From: a virus
DNA: 64,000 bases
Virus record (IMG/VR): IMGVR_UViG_3300037804_000222
Span: 1 to 64,000 of that record
Strand: one strand, 5' to 3'
In this document: piece by piece, positions 58,003 through 64,000 of the stretch
How the letters are laid out: every line of letters begins with the position of its first letter
Position numbering within the stretch: the stretch's first letter is position 1
Program-made: the position numbers and the translations under genes
Notes under the pieces: generated by a model
Seen by the model: the letters and a program-made list of their open reading frames with translations, nothing else
Databases searched by the model: none
Told to the model about the DNA's origin: nothing

Positions 58003-59442
58003 ATGGCAAACACAATTAGTTCATTACAAATGTATGCTCCTAAAAGTTGGTCTGGCTTAACAACAGAGAACCATCTAGGAAGCGTATTCGCACAAGAACC
58101 AACTTTGGTGTCTAACATCATTAGTAGAGTTTTTGGACTAAACCAATACGCAGGTTTAGATTATTTTCTATCAATTGGCGGAGGGGAGCAAGAGCTTCCA
58201 GATGACAATGATTACGAGTGGTACCTAAAAGGTGACGACGAACGTGCGATCACTATTACAAACACTTTATCAGGAACTCCTGGACAGTACGGCGCTGAAA
58301 TTCTTATTGAATTTGCAGAAAAGTACTTCGCTGTTACTGATAAACTAGTTTTAGATGATGGTGAAACAGCTGTACGTGTAATGCGTGAGCCTTACATGTC
58401 TGGTACTTCTTGGGTTTACCCTTGTGTACTTATGGCAGCAGATGCTGATGCTTTTGTAGCTAATTCTTTGTTAGCTGCGGGATCTAAGGCGAGTAAAGAA
58501 TACTCTCCACAAGAAAGAACATTGAACAAGACTTATGGTGAAACAAGCTATACTTCTCCGTTCAAAATGCGTAATGCAATGTCTTTCTTATCTAAGACTT
58601 ATACTATTCCTGGAAACATGCACCAACGTCCGTTAGTGATTGAGATGTTAGATCCTAAGTCAAACAAGACTTCTAAGATCTGGACTCAATATGCTGAATG
58701 GGAGTTTATGTGTCAGTGGATGAAAGAAAAAGAGCGTATGCTTTGGTTCTCTAAATCTAACAAGCAGGCTAATGGTACTTATAATATGTACGGAGCAAAC
58801 GGAACTCCAATTATCGAAGGTGCAGGTTTACGTGAGCAAATCTCTCCATCGTACAAGTTCCACTATACTGACTTTACAATTGACTATTTAGAAGATGTAT
58901 TATTGAATCTTTCAATTAACATTCTTCCAGAAGACCAACGTCACTTCGTAGCGTTTACAGGTGAGCGTGGTATGGTTCAATTCCACAGAGCGCTTGAAAA
59001 TCACGCAGCTCGTTTCCAACCATTAGATTCTAAAAGAATTTCTGGTGATGGACAAAACTTAGGATTCAAAGGTCAGTACAGAGAATTCATGGGCCCACAA
59101 GGGATCAAGTTTACTTTGGTACACTTACCAATGTATGATAATGAAGTTCGTAACCGTGTTGCTCACCCAAAAGGCGGATACACTGAGTCTTACCGTTATA
59201 CTATCCTTAACATGGGTACGTCAGGTGGAGAAAAGAACATCAAACGAGTATATCCTAAAGGACGTAAAGAATTAATGTGGCACGTTGCTGGTTCAACTTC
59301 ACCGTTGGGTCCAAATACAAACTTCAGTAAAGGTTCTGCGTCTGCAGTAGATGGTTATCAATTATTCGCTCAAGCTCAACAAGGTGTGCTTATTGCAAAC
59401 CCAATGTCTTGTGCAGAATTGATTTATTCATCAACTGTCTGA
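58003..59442 (+). CDS. Major capsid protein (crAss-like HK97 fold)
   Basis: WSGLTTENHL, GAGLREQI, TGERGM.QFH; codon usage typical of a highly expressed gene; position. Confidence 0.88.
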   Translation: MANTISSLQMYAPKSWSGLTTENHLGSVFAQEPTLVSNIISRVFGLNQYAGLDYFLSIGGGEQELPDDNDYEWYLKGDDERAITITNTLSGTPGQYGAEILIEFAEKYFAVTDKLVLDDGETAVRVMREPYMSGTSWVYPCVLMAADADAFVANSLLAAGSKASKEYSPQERTLNKTYGETSYTSPFKMRNAMSFLSKTYTIPGNMHQRPLVIEMLDPKSNKTSKIWTQYAEWEFMCQWMKEKERMLWFSKSNKQANGTYNMYGANGTPIIEGAGLREQISPSYKFHYTDFTIDYLEDVLLNLSINILPEDQRHFVAFTGERGMVQFHRALENHAARFQPLDSKRISGDGQNLGFKGQYREFMGPQGIKFTLVHLPMYDNEVRNRVAHPKGGYTESYRYTILNMGTSGGEKNIKRVYPKGRKELMWHVAGSTSPLGPNTNFSKGSASAVDGYQLFAQAQQGVLIANPMSCAELIYSSTV

Positions 59443-59478
59443 TAAATAGTAATTAAATTAATATAAACACGAAAGAAG

Positions 59479-60354
59479 ATGGCAAAGAAGACAGCTAAAG
59501 CAACAGAGATTACTACTGAAGCAAAACCTGTATCAGTGAAGAAGGAAAGTGTTGTTAATAATACACCAGATAAGGTTACTTTAAAACCTATTAAGAAGAA
59601 TGGATGGCTCCCTGAAGATCACGACGGGGCCATCCGCTATTCTAAATGCTTTGAACGTTTAACTGTTCAGGCTACTAGAGGTACAGGAGTACTTAATACT
59701 GGATTAACTGAGGAAGACGAGCGTCGTCTTGAAAAGAAGATGAATATGTCTACTGGAACATTATCCCGATATAATAAAGATTATTGGACAATGTTTAGAG
59801 TAGATGTTCCTAAAGAGGGACAAATTCTTGATCTTGCCTTCCCAGAAGATGAATTAAAATATTTAGTTTTAAAAGCTCATCAGAGAGTTGCAAACTCAGA
59901 AATGGAAAGATTTGATTCTCCATTTGCAGAGTATGTAATGACTTCAGAAGAGCAAGAAGCTAAAGTAGTGAATAAGAAATCTAAACTTAAGCGTAAAGCT
60001 TACAAAGTATTTAGTAGTATGAGTACTACAGAAATGAAAGATGTTCTTAAAGTTATGGGTAAACGAGCTGGAGATGATTCGTCTGTAGATTTCGTTGAAT
60101 CACAACTGGATAAAATCGTAACAGATGATCCGCAGAACTTTCTTAATACTGTAGAAGACCCAACATTTGCTATGAGAGCATTTATTGACGATTGTATATC
60201 ATCAAGAGTTCTTGTAAAGAATGGTACTAAATATCAACTTCCTGGTGGAGATGTTGTAGGATATACACTTGAGCAAACGATTGAATATTTACAAAATCCT
60301 GATAATCAGGAAGTGTATTTAGATTTAAAAGGTAAAATGTCTATAGGCAAATAG
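59479..60354 (+). CDS. Conserved crAss-like protein downstream of the MCP
   Basis: TGLT.EDE..LE, LDL..P.D.L.Y and YL.NP.NQ motifs. Confidence 0.65.
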   Translation: MAKKTAKATEITTEAKPVSVKKESVVNNTPDKVTLKPIKKNGWLPEDHDGAIRYSKCFERLTVQATRGTGVLNTGLTEEDERRLEKKMNMSTGTLSRYNKDYWTMFRVDVPKEGQILDLAFPEDELKYLVLKAHQRVANSEMERFDSPFAEYVMTSEEQEAKVVNKKSKLKRKAYKVFSSMSTTEMKDVLKVMGKRAGDDSSVDFVESQLDKIVTDDPQNFLNTVEDPTFAMRAFIDDCISSRVLVKNGTKYQLPGGDVVGYTLEQTIEYLQNPDNQEVYLDLKGKMSIGK

Positions 60355-60355
60355 T

Positions 60356-61060
60356 ATGGATAGAACTGAAATGCATAAAGAATTTAAACTTCTCATGGAT
60401 AAAGCAGGTGGGGGCGGAGCCCCTTCCTTCATATCCTCAGAGATAGATAGATTTTTAAATATAGCGCAAGATAAATTTGTGTCTAAACGTGCATTTGGTA
60501 ATAATCCTAGACGTACTGGTTTTGAAGAAGATCAAAAGCGTAGAGATGATTTAGTAGGAATAATTCGACAAAGTAATTTATCTTCCTTTAATACTTATGG
60601 TGCAAATAAGCCAAACGCTGTTTTAGCTCCTATTCCTGCACATTACAGGCATGCTATAAACGAAGAGGCTATTATTTATACTCCTGGAAAGGAAGATTCT
60701 TCTAGAAGAGTTGGAGTTAAACCTATAACTCATGATCGCTATAATAAAATTATAGACGATCCTTTTAATAAACCTGATAAAGATACAGTTTATAGGTTAG
60801 ATTTCGCTGCTATTAATGGTAGTGGAGAGGACGCGGAAGGTGCTCCTGGCTTTGAATTAATATGCGGGGAAGGACAAGAAATATCTATGTATTATATAAG
60901 GTATATTCGAAATCCTATACAAATAGCACCCGATCAAAACTGTATGTTATCAGAACATACACACAGAGAGATTATAAGGATGGCTATCGTAGATGCTTTA
61001 GAAACAATAGAGCAACCACGATACCAATCAAGTAAAATAGAACTTAACGAAATAGAATAA
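60356..61060 (+). CDS. Head-tail ring/adaptor protein
   Basis: EID.FLN.AQ, GFEE.QKR.DDL, Y.RYIR.P, L.EHTHREI. Confidence 0.65.
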   Translation: MDRTEMHKEFKLLMDKAGGGGAPSFISSEIDRFLNIAQDKFVSKRAFGNNPRRTGFEEDQKRRDDLVGIIRQSNLSSFNTYGANKPNAVLAPIPAHYRHAINEEAIIYTPGKEDSSRRVGVKPITHDRYNKIIDDPFNKPDKDTVYRLDFAAINGSGEDAEGAPGFELICGEGQEISMYYIRYIRNPIQIAPDQNCMLSEHTHREIIRMAIVDALETIEQPRYQSSKIELNEIE

Positions 61061-61061
61061 A

Positions 61062-61628
61062 ATGGCAAGAACAGCAAAAATAACAAAAGCCAATGTAGGC
61101 CCTCGACAGAACGTCGGAGGTGCTGTTGGTAATACTCCCGTTCGAGCACAGGATTTTAACGATCTTGCGGGAGATCATGTCAGTCAATCTGATACAAATG
61201 CTCAGACAATTGCTAGTAACCTTACGATTAGAGGAGATATATTCACTAATCCTGGTACTCCTGCTGCAGCTCTTGGAACTGGAAATATAACTTTAACTAT
61301 TGCGCAAATTTTAACGCAAGTTTTAGAGGAAGATCCTGAAGGAGCTGCTAATTGGACTACTCCTACTGCTGCTTTATCGGTAGCTGGAATAACTGATGTA
61401 GCTGCTGGAGACTGTCTTGATTTTTATGTAATAAATTCTGCTACTACAGGAGCCAACGAAATAGTTACTATGGTAGCGGGTACTGGATGTACACTTGTTG
61501 GGAATGCACTAGTTGCAGCACCTAATGTTACAGAAGATCAAGAGAATGCAGGTAGTGCACACTTTAGAATGAGATTTACAAACGTAACTTCTGGTTCTGA
61601 GGCGTATACTCTTTATAGACTAGCTTAA
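61062..61628 (+). CDS. Structural protein (capsid decoration/fibre-like)
   Basis: Thr/Ala/Gly-rich; T.PTAA; C-terminal YTLYRL. Confidence 0.5.
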   Translation: MARTAKITKANVGPRQNVGGAVGNTPVRAQDFNDLAGDHVSQSDTNAQTIASNLTIRGDIFTNPGTPAAALGTGNITLTIAQILTQVLEEDPEGAANWTTPTAALSVAGITDVAAGDCLDFYVINSATTGANEIVTMVAGTGCTLVGNALVAAPNVTEDQENAGSAHFRMRFTNVTSGSEAYTLYRLA

Positions 61629-61658
61629 CAATTAATTAATTTTTAAAATAGATAACAA

Positions 61659-62936
61659 ATGTTTAAAACAGATAATTCCCTACATGTATTTGTAGGACCT
61701 CAAGAAACATCTTCTATTGCAGCAGCGTCTGCGGGGGATGTATTTATAGTGGATGAGACTAATGCTATTATCTCTGATGGAGCTATTACAGCTGCGGCTC
61801 ACCCATACTTAAAGATCGGACAAAAAGATGCTGACGGTAACGTTCGCTTCACTCCTTTATTTAAATTTGCAAATATTACTAGTAAAGTAGCTAGAGAGCA
61901 CGATGAAGACAGATCTCAACAATCTTCTGTATTTGGTTCAGGCGGATCAACTGGTTCGATTGAAGCACTTAATTCTAACCGTTACACAATACGTGTAAAC
62001 TTTACAAATAATGTAGATATGTATTCTGAGCAGTCAGATCAACATTTCTTTGAATATGTTTCTGATTCTTCTGCAACTCAAATTGAAATTGCAGATTATT
62101 TTGCACAGACTATGTCTAAAAGTGCTAAGTTTTCAGGAAAAAGAACTGGTAAAAACCGTGCTTCTGTAAAAGTAGAACGATTTACTTCTGCAGCTGATTC
62201 AGCTATTTCAACTGATATTACAACTGCTACAGTTACTAATGGTAGTAAATACATTACTGGATTTACTTTTGGTTCTGGTACTGATGTATCTGGAATGGTA
62301 GCAGGTAACTATCTACGTATTGTAGAAGAAGGAACTGTTACAGATACTCCAGTTGCAACAACTGATGCAATTTATAAAATCGTTTCTGTAGATAATACTA
62401 ATGATATTATTGAGTTAGATCAGCCTTTCCAAGGTACAGGAGCTGCTTTACAAGATGTAGCAATTAACCAAATTACAGCTGCTGTTATGGCAACTGCAGA
62501 TGTTGGTATCCGTATTATGGGATTAGAACAAGAATGGAAATTAGGTTTACTTCCTGATGCAGGAAATCTAATTACTTTTGAAGTTACTTTAGATGGTTGG
62601 GGCGCTACTACTGCTGTTGCAAATACTGCTGCAGTTTTAGGAGATGGTACTGCTAGAGCAGTTGCTGACTTAGAGTGGTTTGCTCAAGGTGCTGCAGGTG
62701 CTTATTATCATAAAGGTGCAATTCCTAGTAATGCAGACAATATTACCTTGTATGCTGATGGAACATTAACTACATCTTATAATACACTTGAGTTACAAGT
62801 AGACTTAGAAGATCCTGGACATGCAGTTGCTACAGGTGGTAAAGGTAAAATGACTATTGTTATGGCTGCTCTTGAAGGAGCTTCTCAAGCATTAGTTACT
62901 ACTGCTCTTGCTACTACAGGAGACGCTTGGGATTAA
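61659..62936 (+). CDS. Auxiliary capsid / major structural protein
   Basis: 425 aa, Ala/Thr-rich, high-expression codons, G....VADLEWFAQG motif; followed by a terminator. Confidence 0.55.
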   Translation: MFKTDNSLHVFVGPQETSSIAAASAGDVFIVDETNAIISDGAITAAAHPYLKIGQKDADGNVRFTPLFKFANITSKVAREHDEDRSQQSSVFGSGGSTGSIEALNSNRYTIRVNFTNNVDMYSEQSDQHFFEYVSDSSATQIEIADYFAQTMSKSAKFSGKRTGKNRASVKVERFTSAADSAISTDITTATVTNGSKYITGFTFGSGTDVSGMVAGNYLRIVEEGTVTDTPVATTDAIYKIVSVDNTNDIIELDQPFQGTGAALQDVAINQITAAVMATADVGIRIMGLEQEWKLGLLPDAGNLITFEVTLDGWGATTAVANTAAVLGDGTARAVADLEWFAQGAAGAYYHKGAIPSNADNITLYADGTLTTSYNTLELQVDLEDPGHAVATGGKGKMTIVMAALEGASQALVTTALATTGDAWD

Positions 62937-62961
62937 TATTCCGAATAATTTTTATATAATC

Positions 62962-62995
62962 AAAGGGCAGGCAGCTTATCTGTCTGCCCTTTTTT
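62962..62995 (+). terminator. Intrinsic terminator
   Basis: AAAGGGCAGGCAG-CTTAT-CTGTCTGCCCTTT-TTT. Confidence 0.85.
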
Positions 62996-63006
62996 AATAC
63001 CTACCT

Positions 63007-63594
63007 ATGCCATTAGATATAAAACTTAATGTACGAACAACTGATGATTGTAAGAATTTAGTTATAGAAGATATAACTGGATATTATGACATTTTAAATA
63101 ACCCTGGAGGGTGGGGACAAATCAATCAGAGTCCTAGTATACCAAATGAAAGTATTAATGTTTTTATAACAGTATATCACCATATAGCTGGAGTACAGTA
63201 TACTACAACTATTCAGGTGCCAGAAAGTTTATATTATACAGCATTTCCTTTTGAAAGTAGTATAGAAGGATTTAAAATGTCTATTCCTTCTGATATAATA
63301 TCTACATATATTGCAAATCAGATAACTTTAGAGCCTGGTGTTGAATTACCTGAAGAATATAATATAACTCAAGAAACTGTAGAAGATAATATATATCAAG
63401 TAGTAGTTAGACTTTCCCATGAAAATATGGAGATTATATCTACCCCTTCTATATACTCCTCTACATGTAACATGAGAAAAGATGTTGACGCTTTGTTATC
63501 ATCTATAGATTTATCTTGTAAGGATTGTGATCAAACTGATTTTGATAAAGCCTTATTAGCAAAAAGTATACTTGAAGGATTAGAAAATGCTTAA
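63007..63594 (+). CDS. Putative tail/ring structural protein
   Basis: D.TG.Y....NPGGWG motif; C-terminal CKDC. Confidence 0.5.
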   Translation: MPLDIKLNVRTTDDCKNLVIEDITGYYDILNNPGGWGQINQSPSIPNESINVFITVYHHIAGVQYTTTIQVPESLYYTAFPFESSIEGFKMSIPSDIISTYIANQITLEPGVELPEEYNITQETVEDNIYQVVVRLSHENMEIISTPSIYSSTCNMRKDVDALLSSIDLSCKDCDQTDFDKALLAKSILEGLENA

Positions 63595-63603
63595 TTTAAA
63601 ATA

Positions 63604-64000
63604 ATGGCTACACCAAAAAAGGCAAAAAAGGCATATAATACTACACATTTAATAGGTGCATCAGGTCAGAGTTGTGGATTTGAATGGAGTTTAAAAAAAC
63701 ACGTTCAAGATTCTGATATTAATTTCGGAGGATATACTACCGCTATAAAGCAAATTCTTCAAAGCTCTAAATTTGAAAGAACTAATAAAGTGTTCCCTAT
63801 TGTATTTCACGTAATTCGTGATGATGCAAATCTTCTACATCCTTCGGGAGGTGTTAATAGGGATTTTAATGTAGAATATTTATTAGCCTGGGTAAATTTT
63901 TGGTTTGGGGGTACTTCTATATCATTTAAAGGCGCAGAAAAAGATCCTCAAGGAAATATTATGACTACTCCAGGATTAAATATAATAGAGGGAAGTGATG
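63604..64000 (+). CDS. 3'-truncated ORF resembling the N-terminus of an M43 (pappalysin/ulilysin-like) zinc metalloprotease
   Basis: MATPKK...SCG...VFPIVFHVI...ISFKGAEKDPQG..TPGL; the HExxH motif lies outside the window. Confidence 0.5.
   Translation, partial: MATPKKAKKAYNTTHLIGASGQSCGFEWSLKKHVQDSDINFGGYTTAIKQILQSSKFERTNKVFPIVFHVIRDDANLLHPSGGVNRDFNVEYLLAWVNFWFGGTSISFKGAEKDPQGNIMTTPGLNIIEGSD

Noticed and set aside
41999-59442. Introns, inteins, homing endonucleases, integrase or DGR
   Set aside because: polA, terL, portal and MCP are uninterrupted, and no reverse transcriptase, integrase or HNH/LAGLIDADG motifs were seen in the window.
1-64000. Stop-codon reassignment, known in some Crassvirales
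   Set aside because: Core genes are intact under the standard code, and TAG, TGA and TAA all end genes at tight junctions (e.g. 15417, 60354, 59442).

Overview
This window is most of a lytic crAss-like (Crassvirales-type) phage genome. It is AT-rich, uses the standard genetic code, and most likely infects a Bacteroidota/Flavobacteriia host, because TTTG-N19/20-TAnnTTTG promoters are present. Plus-strand block 1-25.7 kb: tail muzzle/stabilisation protein, ejected cargo proteins and a DFDID-type virion RNA polymerase. Minus-strand block 25.8-47.6 kb: rIIA/rIIB, recombination and replication genes (exonuclease, resolvase, primase, SSB, AAA ATPase, DnaB, SF2 helicase, PolA), small early genes and several non-coding stretches. 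Plus-strand block 48-64 kb: HU/IHF, GroES, TerL, portal, major capsid and head/tail proteins. Two observations stand out. (1) A putative nucleic-acid decoy/anti-defence island at about 37.5-40.6 kb holds a dense array of more than 20 different short palindromes. Several translate to motifs I recall from host DinD, RhuM and Bro-N genes. The island also contains distorted tRNA-like RNAs, a pseudoknotted RNA and a YefM-antitoxin-like peptide. (2) The three giant virion proteins contain only four cysteines in about 5,100 aa, all at junction-facing termini, which suggests a head-to-tail disulfide chain. All family assignments come from motif recognition by eye; no database searches were run.
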